Position numbers and translations under genes: made by a program. From Octopus vulgaris (lineage: Eukaryota): DNA of 64,000 nucleotides. Of this stretch, positions 39,019 through 54,317 are shown piece after piece; within the stretch, counting starts at the first letter, position 1, and the number at the start of each line of letters is the position of its first letter. Below the pieces are notes generated by a model. That model worked only from the letters and a program-made list of their open reading frames with translations, searched no databases and was not told where the DNA came from. The DNA lies in NCBI GenBank assembly GCA_951406725.2, contig OX597818.1, forward strand, positions 100,192,001 to 100,256,000, written 5' to 3'.

Positions 39019-39558
39019 ATATTAGTGCGTATGTATGACTAACACACTTTGAATATATGTTTATTTATAATAATGTTATACTAGGTTAAATCGAATGATC
39101 GTGGTAAAACACATTTTGTTAATTTCTAGGAAACTTTTATAGAAAATACAGATAAGTCGATAACTTATCAATAGGATTTAAAACAGTGATGCATCAAATA
39201 TAGTTAGTTATTTCTCTACATTAGACAGAAAATTTCGATAAGATGAAAGATGCAATACAGCTCCCTTCCGAAAGCGACAAATTGTGCTCATAATACGATG
39301 CACAAATCAATAAATATAAGGGATAGAAAAGATTGTCGGAGTGGTACAATTGTTTCAAGAGCACATCGGGTTTATCTTAAGAAATGTTATGGATTCCCAT
39401 AATTGCCTGTACATTTTTTCCTCAGGTACGTATCACTTTAAAGATACGTCGGGTGGTCTTTCGAATTGTAGTACTCGACGATTTTTCTATCCCTTATATT
39501 CACACACACATACCCACACACAAACACTCCACACACTCATGCACATGTGTAAGTATAC

Positions 39559-39590
<32 letters not shown>

Positions 39591-39605
39591 AAATCGTCGA
39601 GTACT

Positions 39606-39836
<231 letters not shown>

Positions 39837-40229
39837 AATAAAAAAGTATGTTACAATTAATATGCCACGTGGTTTAAGGACATAACCTATTACTGATTAT
39901 GGAATTAGACCGTTGATAACATTTGAGTCAGGATCTCGGTAACAATAACTTGCTCGTATCGTTACGGGAAGATAAGATCTGATAAGTCTCACACATGCTT
40001 TCCTTATTTCTTTGATGAAAGCATCGAAAGACCAAATAAATTAATAACTAAATAAATGAGATTAGAAAATGCTTGATTATAAGTGGGTTCCCACGAAATT
40101 GATCTGGGATTTATACATTACAACAGCAAACATCAATAGCTGTTAATATAGAGATATTGTGTTGAAATATTGTCTCTTTGAATGTGTACTTTGCGTATTC
40201 AATACAAGATAAAGATTTTGTTCATTCAT

Positions 40230-40271
<42 letters not shown>

Positions 40272-40831
40272 CAACACACGCACACACACATACACACACC
40301 CATATATATATGTTTATTCCGCCCCCATATTACACACACATATTACATAATCTTGTCAGGCGTGTGTGTTTGGTATGTGTCAGGCGATGTGTTGTATCTG
40401 TAGAAAATGATTAGCATGTGATATTTTCGATAATTATTTCCAACCTAAATATCAATGGTAACAGGCGGTGTATATTATACAGAAAAGCGATTCAGAGTTA
40501 ATCTCCTCTCAGTGTAGCAATGCTAAGACTGGACATGAGAGAAATCAATGCAATTCTTCGATTTTCTACATACGCAAACCGATGCCTTGTCAGTTTCAAT
40601 GGTGTGCTACCAAGAGGGATGTATATAAGTTATTAATAAAGGCCAAACTGAAGATGATAGTAATGATATCGAAAACTAAGCAATAAGAACAGGATACAAA
40701 TAAAACTCTGTGTGGAAGCTGGTTGTTGAGATTGAATGAATCTATGAATGCGTGAATGTGAGTTTATTGATAATAAAATGCATTATTTCATTCATCTGCT
40801 TGTGTGTATAATTATATATATTATTGAATAA

Positions 40832-40903
<72 letters not shown>

Positions 40904-41579
40904 TTATCTACAAATATATATGTCTGCGTGTATTTGTGAGTGTGTGTGTGTGTGTGAATTTATGAATATGTATTAGTATAGCAAAATTCTGAGAGTGAAA
41001 GAGAAGAGTGGAGTGGCACATTGCTAATACAACGTAGATAGGTGCTTGTATAAAGACAAACAGATAGAGAGATAGAAAACAGAAGATAGATTAACGAAAT
41101 ATAACAGGGAAACAAACAGCAAAGAGATTAAGATAAACAGAAAGGAAAGAGAATATAGAGATAGAATCGTTAAGTGGTATATACGGTTTTGATTAGGAGT
41201 ATTATTCGATGGAATAACTTCGGTATAGTTAACAATATTAAGAGAAAATTATTTAAGCTGAATAATCGGCTTCAATCAATATAGATATTGTTGAAAGGAT
41301 GTAGATAAATTAAAAAATAAAAATATGTTGAGGCTACGAAGAGTAGGGGTAGGAGTAGTGGTAGTAGCAACAGTATTAGAAGGGGAAAGAGAGGGTTAAT
41401 ATAAAGGATATTGAAACTAAAGAAAGAGGAATATTGGTTATTGTGTAAGGCCTAAGAATATATCATAACTGATAAACATGGTTGAGGAACGAAACAGAGA
41501 GTGCAGTACGTGTTCTATATTAATACAAACGTCGTGAAAAGGGAGACAGAGACATCTATGGCATATATACCTATATAGT

Positions 41580-41622
<43 letters not shown>

Positions 41623-41644
41623 GTATACATGTATATAGAGTAAG

Positions 41645-41694
<50 letters not shown>

Positions 41695-42382
41695 CACATA
41701 CATACATATATATAAATCGATAGATATTTACATATAAATATCTAGATACATACATGCACGTATGTGAGATATATATATATATATATATACTCACTTCCTT
41801 TGTATTACTCTATACTACAAAGGGGCTGGGATTTATACAAAGGGGCTGGGACATACATGTACACATATGGACACAAACATTGAAAGAGCTACATGCACTT
41901 ATCTATATATACCCGAACACAAAAAATGACGGGATTACAAAGAGGGCCGTTGACAGAGAGATGGTGACGTAGATTCGTGCAAGCTGAGTGGTAGTACGAT
42001 TGATAACAGATTTCATTATGTTTATTCAACTTTATTTTATATAGATATAGATTTTTACGCGTTAATCAATTTAATCAAATCACAGTAGTGTATGAAAATG
42101 TGGACTGATACAAAAATATATTACTGCTATATGTTGTATTAGCGTTAGTGGTCAACGAAGTTTCATGTTGCTGAAACAGTTAAGTTGCCGCAGTAATTTA
42201 TGCAAATCACAAACTGATATTACAGCGACCATCGGATGTTATCAAAAACAGTAAATTTTGTTTGTTTTTATTTTAGATTTGATTTTATACACTCCAAGAC
42301 ACGATTTAATCTATTAATTGCTGCGTATGTATGTTTATATATATATATGTGTGTGTGTGTGCGTGTCTATATATATATATAA

Positions 42383-42430
<48 letters not shown>

Positions 42431-42553
42431 GGTAATTCAATAAAAATGGTAAATAATTTTCCTGTGGTTTATCATGTAACCAACAATTATTTACCGGTAA
42501 ATTTCGGTATGTAAATACGACAAATTAATTGTCAAGACCTTTGTAAGGTTCAG

Positions 42554-42968
<415 letters not shown>

Positions 42969-43027
42969 ATCATGGCGACTGTATATATATATATATAGAC
43001 ATACACACACAAACACACACACTCACG

Positions 43028-43520
<493 letters not shown>

Positions 43521-43599
43521 ATTCTGTTGATCATAATGCACTGTTTAAGCTTTCTAACGATGATACACGGCTGTTTAGTGATGTAGATAATCTTTTCCC

Positions 43600-43742
43600 C
43601 TTACTGAAGCGCTAGTCTGTCACGAGGTCACAGAGTGAAATGCAGCGTTTTGCTCCAGAATGCAACGAAATGCTTGTCAAGGAAGCGAAACCATGATTTC
43701 CAATAGTTAGTGCATCTCACCATGCACTAGGTCACCTGCCAT
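43600..43742 (-). mobile_element. Decayed tRNA-SINE 5' half (type C-like)
   Basis: GTGAAATGCAGCGTTTTGCTCCAGAATGCAAC resembles GTGAAATAAAGTGCCTTGCTCAAGAACACAAC of the 53932 copy. Confidence 0.45.
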
Positions 43743-44377
43743 CATGAATAATTACTAATTAATATTTTCACTATTAAATTAGTGAAACATTTTCTGTGCT
43801 TATATTCTTAAGTACAAAACCTCACCTGGCGTATTTATCTTTGCTGTATAATGAAGATTTTGCGGCGCATAGCGATTCCTCAAAGGAAGCAGCGTCTGTT
43901 ATATATATATCCTATAAATTCACTCATTTCGCTGAAGAAGCTACTATCTATTTTTAATTATTCGGCATCCTCTTGCGAATAAATTCCAATTCAGGAAAAT
44001 TTTTTCAGAGGCAATGTAGTTTATTTCTGGTGTTTATTTTTTGAATATTCAATATTTTATAGCATTAATACTTTAGAAGAGCAGTATTGTTACTGTCACA
44101 CACGGAGTGCATCCTTAATACATTTCTGATTGTATGTATGTATGTTTTATTTATTTATGTAAGTGTGTATATATGCTCCTATGCATGTATATATATGTAT
44201 ATATACATACATATATAAACATATATATGCGTATATATTCATATATATTTATATGTATCTATATATATATATATATATATATATATTATGTATTTATATA
44301 TCATATATATATATATATATATTTATATAAACGTGTGTGATACGTATATTAGAATGTATTTATATATGCATATATAT

Positions 44378-44451
<74 letters not shown>

Positions 44452-44970
44452 CTACATAAACATATATATGTCTATATGTTTCTGTGCATGTGTGTGTGTA
44501 TATACATACATATAATAAGAAAGAGAAAAAGAAGAGAGAGCCAGAAGAAGAGAGAGGAAGATGGAGACAGAGAAAAAAAAGAAACTCATGGTAAATTTTC
44601 TGTTTTTATCCATTTAAGATTTTTAAAAATCAAAAGGTTACACGCCGCTTACCTGAGCACCAAACCAGCTAAGTTGCCGACCCTTTAGGCCATCATTAAG
44701 AATTCCATTAACATCAAGCAAATCACGTACACTGCTGGATTTACTGGAAAACTTTGGAATATAATATTTTCCTGTAGCTTCAATTAGCCTATTCGCAATT
44801 AACCTGTTTTCAGGGTAATATTGGGTCTCAGTCAAACGGTGTAACGAATTACATATAATTGATGTACTTTTCTGAATGATAGCAATAAAAGTTCTAATCT
44901 GTTAACCCTTATTTAAAAAGATCGTGGCTTGAGTTGCAAATAATCAAGACACACATACACACGCGCGCGC

Positions 44971-45130
44971 GAGCAAGAATGGCTGTGTGGTAAGTAGCTT
45001 GCTTACCAGCCACATTGTTCCGGGTTCATTCCCAATACGTGGTACCTTCGGCAAGTATCTTCTACTATAGCCTCGGGCCGACCAAAGCCTTGTGTGTGGA
45101 TTTAGTAGATGGAGACTGAAAGAAGCACGT

Positions 45131-45174
<44 letters not shown>

Positions 45175-45410
45175 CGTGTGTGTATCTGTATGTGTATGTT
45201 TGTGTGTGTCTGTGTTTGTTCCCCCAACATCGCTTGACAACCGATACTGCTGTGTTTACGTTCCTGTAAGCAAGTGGTTCGGCAAGAGAGACCGATAGAA
45301 TAAGTACTAGGCTTACAAAGAATAAGTCGAGGGGTCGATTTACTTAACTAAAGGCGGTGCTCCAGCAAGGCCACAGTCAAATGACTAAAACAACTAAAAG
45401 AGTAAAAGAG
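44971..45410 (+). mobile_element. tRNA-derived SINE type A, full length
   Basis: tRNA-like head, internal (TA)n(TG)n, GTAAAAGA-repeat tail; collinear with 51517. Confidence 0.94.
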
Positions 45411-45589
45411 TATACATGCATACATACATATATACATACTACTGAAACAGAAAATTATTTTTAGAAAAACTGCTACATAGAAACGAGTAGTTTTAAGGTT
45501 CGCTGTTTAACTCTGCATCATAATTTATTCCTGACAATCTTTCTTTAATGTTTTGGTTCTTTAAAGTTTATTATATTTAAACTGCTTTT

Positions 45590-45775
45590 GGTGGTGAGTG
45601 GTAAAAACGGAGGTGTCTCTGACAAATCATTTGTTTGTACCATAAAGTTCTGAATTTGAATCCACTAAGGTTGTATCGCTTTTTCCATCACTTCAGAGAT
45701 GCAAAATAGCTCTGCATTGTACGGTATTCAGTTGGTTATACGCCTTCACTACAAATGAAACGCCATGTGATTATG
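45590..45775 (+). mobile_element. Decayed SINE type D
   Basis: GGTGGTGAGTGGTA...GTTCTGAATTTGAATCCACTAAGGTTG...TTTCCATC. Confidence 0.45.
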
Positions 45776-46694
45776 GTTAGATATCAGCATGAACTTTTTT
45801 TATGTTGTCCCGAAACGTAGGATCTCTTAAGCATAATCTTTTCACCGCAATGCGAAGTGAAAATGACGTCCAAATATTGCTATTGTGTAAATTTCGTGAA
45901 ATGCAAAACGAAATCCCATTTAAAACGGTTGAACTACTCTGTAACAAGAAGCTAAAGAAGAGATTCTTACATAGATGCCAGTGCTACAGAATATCATCGG
46001 GTCATCAGATCACCTTGTACTCCTATATATTTATTGTGATAAATCTTTCCATTTATCTCACAATTACACGCGCACACAGAGATACCAACACATAGACATA
46101 TTCGTAATTCACTTGGAGAATTGAGCTGCTAAAAGAAATAATATATGAAAGAGAGAACTACTAAATATCCTGTTTTAGACTATCGACTTTTCAGAGTCTT
46201 AAGTAAAATATAATAGTGAGAATTGCCATTTTGGAATATGATCTACATTCAAATACAATTTCCCTGAAATAATATATATTCATCTAATATCTTGATAGAA
46301 TAGATAATTAAGCTTCCCAGTGAAAATGTGCAACTAATAACTTGTCCAGTCGTTTTATGATGTTGAAACTTGGTTAATCAAGAGATATAGCTATTTCATT
46401 GGAGTGAATATATAATATTTGCTTTCATCTAAGAATTATCTGAAAGACTTACTTCCAGAAGAATGGATGTGAAGAAATGCCGCAATACAGGATATTGTTT
46501 AGTTAATGAAAATTTTCTTTCGAGATTACGTTTGAAATATGGGCAGAAGAAATATTCTAATTTGGGCGAGAAATTAATCTAAGGTTTCTAAATATATCAA
46601 CGCAACTGTATACATACATATATACGAACGTACATACATATGTGTATATGTATAGATATACATACAAATGTAATTATATACGTATGCATCATTA

Positions 46695-46766
<72 letters not shown>

Positions 46767-47947
46767 AAATACCATTCCTATCATTATATAATTGGCATCA
46801 TTATCACTCAGAAATTACAGTAGATCCCAAATCCCATCATTTATATTTTTCATATATTCCTCCAATAATTATGGCGACTATAAAACTTATGACGAGAATA
46901 GCACAGGATTGTAGACTACGCAATAATTTTTATGTTGTTTTTGAATCGATTGTAGGACGGCGTCGTATCTTATGATATAAAATAAAGATTTGGGGTCTTC
47001 CTTCAACAAACCACTTTGAAGTATAGAAATAGATAATTCCATATATTTGCTCCTAAAATAACCAATGAGTATCATATATGTGTTACGGATGTACATATAG
47101 AAGAACAGATTTATATCCAAACGCGTTTCAACTTATAACAATATATACGCTTGTGTGCCAATCTAGTTATCGCAGCACACACACATACACACACGTATAC
47201 ACACATACACACACAAGCACACACACACACATATAGGAAAGATGTTAGTATCACAGCGTGTTGTATATAGGAATGTGTATGTGTGAAATAGTTGTGTACT
47301 GATATATATCTGTTAGTGTTGCTGCGTTATATATGATCATGCAGACGTGTGTGTATGTGTGTATATATAAATACGTGTTCATATGTATGCGCGAGCATAA
47401 CTTAAGGCATGTGATTCCGCGGTTCGATACGACTTAATCATATTTTGGGTATATTTCTTCTACCATAGCCTCGGAGTGACCAATACTTTGACAGTAAATG
47501 CGCGTGGATGCATATCGATCTATATCGTTGCCAGCAACGCCGAGCAGTCAATATCGATAGAAAAAATAAATAACCGCAGAATCAGTCTAAAGTAATTATT
47601 GATAATTAATGCAAAGATGCTCTTCTTTTTACTCTGTTATCAATTTCGCCACTGGTTTTTCTCATTATGAAATTATAAATCATTATTTCTAATACTTAAT
47701 TAACATTTCAACACATTATCCCGAATCTTTTATTCCTTGAATCACCAAATTCTTACGTAGAGAAAATGAATCCTTTCAATATAGACTTCGTCTGTGAATA
47801 ACTGAGAGTAAAATTCCCGCCTCTTCGACCCGCATTCCTTGTTTCACTAACGTACAATTAGATCGCACTTTCACAGCGTATCCTTACGGAGTATATATAT
47901 CCCTAGTGTATTTCCTTCCCCCCACTCTCTCTCTCTCCAAATATACA

Positions 47948-47983
<36 letters not shown>

Positions 47984-47986
47984 TAC

Positions 47987-48019
<33 letters not shown>

Positions 48020-48033
48020 ATATATATATATAT

Positions 48034-48277
48034 TGGTAGAAATGGCAAGACAACAAAAGAATGAAAGAGAACTCGATATTATGTAAATAGAGGAATTTAT
48101 CTGTAAATATATTATGTGACAGTTATTCGGTAGCCATGATAAAACTCCGAGTTTTGGATGTTATGGCATTTTTTCCGATGGCCAGATAACTGAGGAGATG
48201 GCAGCGTGGATTTCCACCCCGACATCTGAATTTCGGAGCTTTATCATGGCTACTGAATAATTGTCACATATTGCAGT

Positions 48278-48290
<13 letters not shown>
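48034..48290. mobile_element. Penelope-like insert with inverted terminal segments and a hammerhead motif
   Basis: 48113-48161 is the reverse complement of 48222-48270; GATAA-CTGAGGA-GATG...CATC-TGAAT-TTCGGAG-CT-TTATC at 48185-48245; (TA)n on both sides. Confidence 0.75.
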
Positions 48291-48319
<29 letters not shown>

Positions 48320-48324
<5 letters not shown>

Positions 48325-48500
48325 CAAATAAAATAAAACAGAACACAAAGGATGTCGCGGTACACGTGTTTCAAGCTTTATAAAACAACTTATTCTTACA
48401 TCAATGTATAAGAATATGATGTAAGAATAATTTGTTTTATAAAGCTTGAAGCACGTGTACTGCGACATCCTTTGTGTTCTGTTTTATTTCATTTGATACA
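48320..48500. repeat. Near-perfect palindrome: 84-bp arms, 13-bp loop, 4 mismatches
   Basis: 48320-48403 versus 48417-48500 aligned by eye. Confidence 0.96.
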
Positions 48501-48571
48501 TATATCCTCTCACCTCTGCTAATAGCTGGCATATACAGGTGCTTACATTTATCAAGTATTCACCCTGAATT

Positions 48572-48603
<32 letters not shown>

Positions 48604-49360
48604 AATATATATATATATAATTAACGTTAATTACAACATCCCTTTTCCTGCGTAGGAGATGCCATTATATTTCCTCACTAAACTTCCTTGCTCTTTTGTC
48701 ATGCACGTCTAATTTGGGCTCTTTATGGCTAACCTTATTTCACCTCTAATGACTTGTAGCTACCCGGTATTTGGTTATGCCACCATAATATCCTATGCAA
48801 CCGTAATATACATATATACTCGTTATGCAACCCTAATAACATAATATCGAATATACTGCATATAATATGATATACTATAAGATACTATAAAAGTATATTA
48901 AACGATTTTATAAATCAATACCGGGTGGGTTCTGATGCGTTAGCTAGCTACAATTTCTGAAGAATATCAGTAGACATAACCATAACAAGTTATTTCGCTT
49001 CATTATTGCATTATCGCATGGAAATATATCCAATAAGTCTTCTTCAACGACTCCAAAAGAATATCTCTACGCGTACCAAGAAAGACATATCTGTCTCGCA
49101 AAACAAGCACAGCACGATGTTAAACACTTTAAGATCGCAACAAAGAAAACCAAATCGACCTAAGTATAACTGAGGATCTCTCCTGCCAATCATGGATATT
49201 CATCATAACAAAGACTAAATGATACACACTGAACCGTCCCATACACAGGCCGAAAATGCTTCATCCTCAATAACAACACATATAGTACAGAGCTCAGGTA
49301 AAGACTGACTATGGAGCACTGCTCCTACATATATGACAGTACTACATGCTGTAAGGCATA

Positions 49361-49672
49361 AACGATAAACGTCACCCTTTTCAAGCATAGACAGGCTCAT
49401 GGGCCCTGTTTCCCGGTTTCTGTGGCGTTTATGTTCCCCCCAATTGGACGGGACGCTAGACCATCGCAGCGTTACTCAAGAAACAGGAAGAGAGAGTGAG
49501 AGAAAGTTGTGGAAAAAGAGTATAACAGGGGTTGCCACCCCCTGCCGGAGCCTCGTGGAGCCTTTTTAGGTGTTTTCGCTCAATAAACACACACAACGCT
49601 CGGTCTGGGAATCGAAACTGCGATCCTCCGACCGCGAGTCGACTGCCCTAACCACTGGGCCATTGCGCCTCC
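49361..49672 (-). mobile_element. tRNA-derived SINE type B with perfect 14-bp TSD
   Basis: TGCTGTAAGGCATA at 49347-49360 and 49673-49686; homologous to 17824. Confidence 0.95.
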
Positions 49673-51382
49673 TGCTGTAAGGCATACCCTAACCGAATTC
49701 AAATAAGAGTCACTCTGTTGATTGATATGAACTCTTCTGTCAATATATCTTAATCATCTCCATTCTGTTTTTGTTTTTTTGTCTATACACACTAAGGTTT
49801 TCTCTGTTCTTCAGATATGCCTGTTTATATTCCAAACCTAACATCCCTCCCAACCTCCTCACTCGCGTGGGCTCCGCATTATCATCTAACATAGTTCTCT
49901 CAACTAATGTAGTTCTCTCAAGAAAATCAACCTTTGAAAATATCCTGTCATGCAAGTACTTGATTTCCTGTCAATTTGCATTTTACAGTTGTCCGAGGGG
50001 ATTTTTCACACGGTCGATAGCCTTTGTGTGAGAGGGTTTGCGAAGATATGGGCATATATCCTCCCTATCGCCCTGGTGAGTAAACGTCGCCAAAATTGTA
50101 TGTCTAGCATAATAATCACACTGTTTCGATATTTCATTGTTTCGTATTATATTAACTAGAAAATAAGACGGCTATACTTCTGACATTTGCAGTTAATGAG
50201 GAGGTTCATATCTCCTTTCAATTTCTATGTATTATTTTGACAGAATAACAGATACTGCAGGTGTAACAATAGCCAAATATTTGTATATGCAAAATATATT
50301 ACCTACCAGCAAAATATATATATTCACTGGCAAATACACCTTGTTAAGTTTTCATAAATTTTATCGATAAACATATTTATAATTTCTCAACACTGTAATT
50401 CATACTTTTAGCTTGCAACAACTACGTCTTTGTATTGAAAGGCATCATTAAACAAATAACTAAAACTATATGTGAATAAATTTGGATTCCATATGCAACA
50501 TATCAAATAGGCTTAACAAAATTCCAATTTTATATCTGTAAATTAAATGTATGTTTGAAGATAATTTTTCACGTCAGTTTTATGAATTTTACGAAACATG
50601 TATCAGATATTTTTTTCATAGCAAGAAACTCTCGTGAGCAAAATACGCTTCAAGAAGATTTCTATCATAACATATCGGTATCCAATAGTTAGCCAGCCAA
50701 TATAGCTGCAGCAAAACATAATCTAGGATAGTGAAAAACAAACGATTATTTCATTTATATGAAAGGATAAATGTCTTCCAGGTAAACAGATTGGTTTAGC
50801 TCGTGTCGAAAACCGATCAACGAAGGGTTTATGTCAAAGATGACATATAACTAAATTGATAAGTTAGATTAAGAACCAAGGTCATAGAGTATGACACCTG
50901 CCAGTTATCTTCTTAGCCGAGACGTTATTATCTCATCAACTACAAATCTACTACTACGTCTACTTTCGCTAAGAGTTTAAGTTACAGCAATATATAATAA
51001 TTCGCTTGAGTCTAACTGTACTATCAATAAAAAGTACTTCATTAGTGAGCTACTGCAGAACACTTCTAAGTAGACACTCAAATTGTTAGAAATAACAGTC
51101 GAACCTTCCATAAATAAAATCTTTGCTTGAGTGGGCAAGACACATTCCATAATTTAATTCTAGATTTACCATGTGTGAAAATGAGATGGTGACAGCTGGA
51201 AAGACTTTCATGGTAACTCTAATCGATAAAGTTTCATATTGTACCAAACAAGAAAAGTAAATACAAAGATACGTGTACAACGTTAAAATATATAATACTA
51301 CATTACGTAAGTTGCATTATAATATTGATATACAATATATAAATGTGTGTGTGTGTGTGTGTATTTGTTTGTGCATACACAC

Positions 51383-51508
<126 letters not shown>

Positions 51509-51516
51509 CATATATA

Positions 51517-51925
51517 GGCGCAAGAGTGGCTGTGTGTTAAGTAGCTTGCTAACCAACCACACGGTTCCGGGTTCAGTCCCACTGCATGGCATCTTGTGCA
51601 AGTGTCTTCTGCTATAGACCCGGGGCGACCAATGCCTTGTGAGTGGATTTGGTAGACGGAAACTGAAAGAAGCCCGTCGTATATATGTATATATATATGT
51701 ATGTGTGTTTGTGTGTCTGTGTTTGTCCCCCTAGCATTGCTTGACAACCGATGCTGGTGTGTTTATGTCCCCGTTACTTAGCGGTTCGGCAAAAGAGACC
51801 GATAGAATAAGTACTAGGCTTACAAAAAGAATAAGTCCTGGGGTCGAATTGCTCGATTAAAGGCGGTGCTCCAGCATGGCCGCAGTCAAATGACTGAAAC
51901 AAGTAAAAGAGTAATGAGTAAAGAG
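51517..51925 (+). mobile_element. tRNA-derived SINE type A, full length, well preserved
   Basis: GGCGCAAGAGTGGCTGTGTG...GGGTTCAGTCCC head; tail GCAGTCAAATGACTGAAACAAGTAAAAGAG. Confidence 0.95.
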
Positions 51926-52379
51926 TATATATCAGTGGATTGCAGCTCACACACACACTTGCTCATATGTATATATATATATATGTATTTTATATATATA
52001 TATATATTCAGATACGCATACACATGCATATACATATACGTGCACAGGTGGTTGAGATACAATTCTTCCGACATTAAAACAGTTGGGCAGAGGATTAAGA
52101 ACGGTGTCACCTACTGATTTTCAAGAATACACCCCTACGAAACCCACAAGATCTAGCTGAAGTAGGCGCCCAAGAGATACAAAAATACATATATATCAAG
52201 AATCAAAAGAATAAATAAGCAGCCAACTAAAATATTGCCACCACCGTAATCTACAATTACCAGGAATAAAGACATTTGGTTCGAAAAAATATTCCTTTCT
52301 ACTCTAGGCACAAGGCCCGAAACTTTTTTCTCTGGAGATTCTTTTCCTTCCAATCTGTTCATTTATATAACGTCTTCAA

Positions 52380-52660
52380 GGACACAAAAAATATGGATAT
52401 TCGTAGATGCGTTGAAGCTTCAAAATCTTGCCAATGGAAAGAACCGAACACAGCTCCAGAAATTGTCTGGTTTAAAAAACCACATCAGATGCAATGATGG
52501 TTCTTAGTTGTACAGGAGGTGGTTATCTCTCTCTCGTCATGCACATATCAAACACATATCAAAACCTTTTTGAAAGCTGTTACTGCTCACAGCTAAACGC
52601 TTACGTTTGTGCTGCTGTTGAAGGGACAGTTATAAATTTAGATGATTATATTTTATTCGA
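52380..52660 (+). mobile_element. Possible decayed mariner transposase mid-segment
   Basis: SKSCQWKEPNTAP and GTVINLDDY resemble the SxQWxxxxSP and GxTINxxYY blocks of mariner transposases. Confidence 0.35.
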
Positions 52661-52910
52661 AACAAAAAATTTTAAAAATTTATCGAAATTATCTGTATCA
52701 CAGCGAGTAAATTACCTTAGCGTGCACGGGTAGGCAAATGAGGTATAAAAAACAATTCATAGAATAAATTGGAAATTCACAAAATGAAATAAAACATCAT
52801 ATGGTGAAATAAAGTGAATAACTGAAGTTGGAAATGGCGATGGAACGTCACAAAATTTATAAAATGCTACTCGTAATTAGCGTACATACATTCGTTCACA
52901 AATATATATA

Positions 52911-52980
<70 letters not shown>

Positions 52981-53318
52981 GATGGTGTATCTAGATGCAC
53001 ACGCAATAAATACATGATTATGCGTGCGTGTACGATCGGTGTTTTGATGCCTACAATATTCGTATGAGGAGAAATTGTACGTCGACAAATTGAGCGTTAG
53101 ATGGTATTTTCCCACTTTATTAATGGGGATGTGTGTTTGAATCATGTTTGAAGCTTTCCATAAATTATTTGGGTCTGCACATGTAGAATCTTAACTCTAA
53201 AATGGATTGAATCTTTGCCCCGATATCGGACAATTTGTTGCAGTAAGCTCTCTTTTACTGTGGCTAAAGAAATTCTATAATATCTAACAAGAATATAAAG
53301 CGTAACATGGCGCAATTG

Positions 53319-53731
53319 GGAAGAAGAAGTGGAAGAAGACGAGGAGGAAGAGGGAAGGCAGAGAAAAAGGGGAGGCAGAGAAGGGAAGAAGTGGTAAAAA
53401 GGGCAGAGAAGAAATGGTAAAAAAAGAAGGAAAAGGAGAAGGAGGAGAAGGAAGAAGAAGAAAAAGAAGGACGAGGAGAAAAAGGACAAGAAGAGAGGAG
53501 GCGGGGAGGGGGAAGAGAAGAAGTGGAAAAGAAGGAGGAGGAAGAAAAGAAGAAGAAGAAAAGCGAAGGCGGAGGCAGAGGAGAGGAAGAGAAGAAATGG
53601 AAAAGAAGAAAAAGGAGAAGGAGGAGAAGAGAAAGAAGACGAAACAGAAGAAGAATTAGAAGATGAATTACAAGAAGAAGAAGAAGAAGAAGAAGAAGAA
53701 GAAGAAGAAGAAGAAGAAAAAAGAAGAAGAA
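53319..53731. repeat. About 410-bp polypurine (GA-rich, ending in (GAA)n) tract
   Basis: Direct reading of the sequence. Confidence 0.95.
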
Positions 53732-53885
53732 ATGACTTTGGAGTTCACTAGGCTATGGATCTATCGAATTGTTGAACACCGGAAGGCTGTGGGGCGAAGT
53801 TACACTCGAGAGGATGCGAAACGGAATCACAGAGAACCGGAAACAATATTAACAAGTTACTATATTCTGATATTATAATGACTGA

Positions 53886-53931
<46 letters not shown>

Positions 53932-53935
<4 letters not shown>

Positions 53936-54275
53936 GGTAAAGACTCCCTTCGGTCATGGATGACCACCATGGAATTGCACCTAGAAAGTTAACCTCCTAG
54001 ACACAAGTCCGGGCAAGGTTGTTTATGGAAGGCCAGCAGTCGCCCATGCATACCAGCCTTCCCTCTCCACGCCACCAGTGTTATCCAAGGGAAGGACAAA
54101 GGTCGATACAGCTTGGCACCAGTGACGTCGCAACTCATTTCTACAGCTGAGTGAACTGGAGCAACGTGAAATAAAGTGCCTTGCTCAAGAACACAACACG
54201 CAGCCCGGTCCAGGATTCGAGCTCACAACCTCACGATCGTAAGCTCGACGCTCTAACCACTGAGCCATGCGCCTT

Positions 54276-54278
<3 letters not shown>
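53932..54278 (-). mobile_element. tRNA-derived SINE (type C-like head, distinct 3' half) inserted in (TA)n
   Basis: Minus head GAAGGCGCATGGCTCAGTGGTTAGAGCG...GCTCGAATCC; (TA)n on both sides. Confidence 0.92.

Positions 54279-54315
<37 letters not shown>

Positions 54316-54317
<2 letters not shown>

Noticed and set aside
40010-40035. TTGATGA/GATG-AAAG-CATC-GAAA hammerhead look-alike
   Set aside because: Core and helix II overlap; no helix I or III.
53414-53878. Lys/Arg/Glu-rich ORFs
   Set aside because: Read-through of the polypurine tract.
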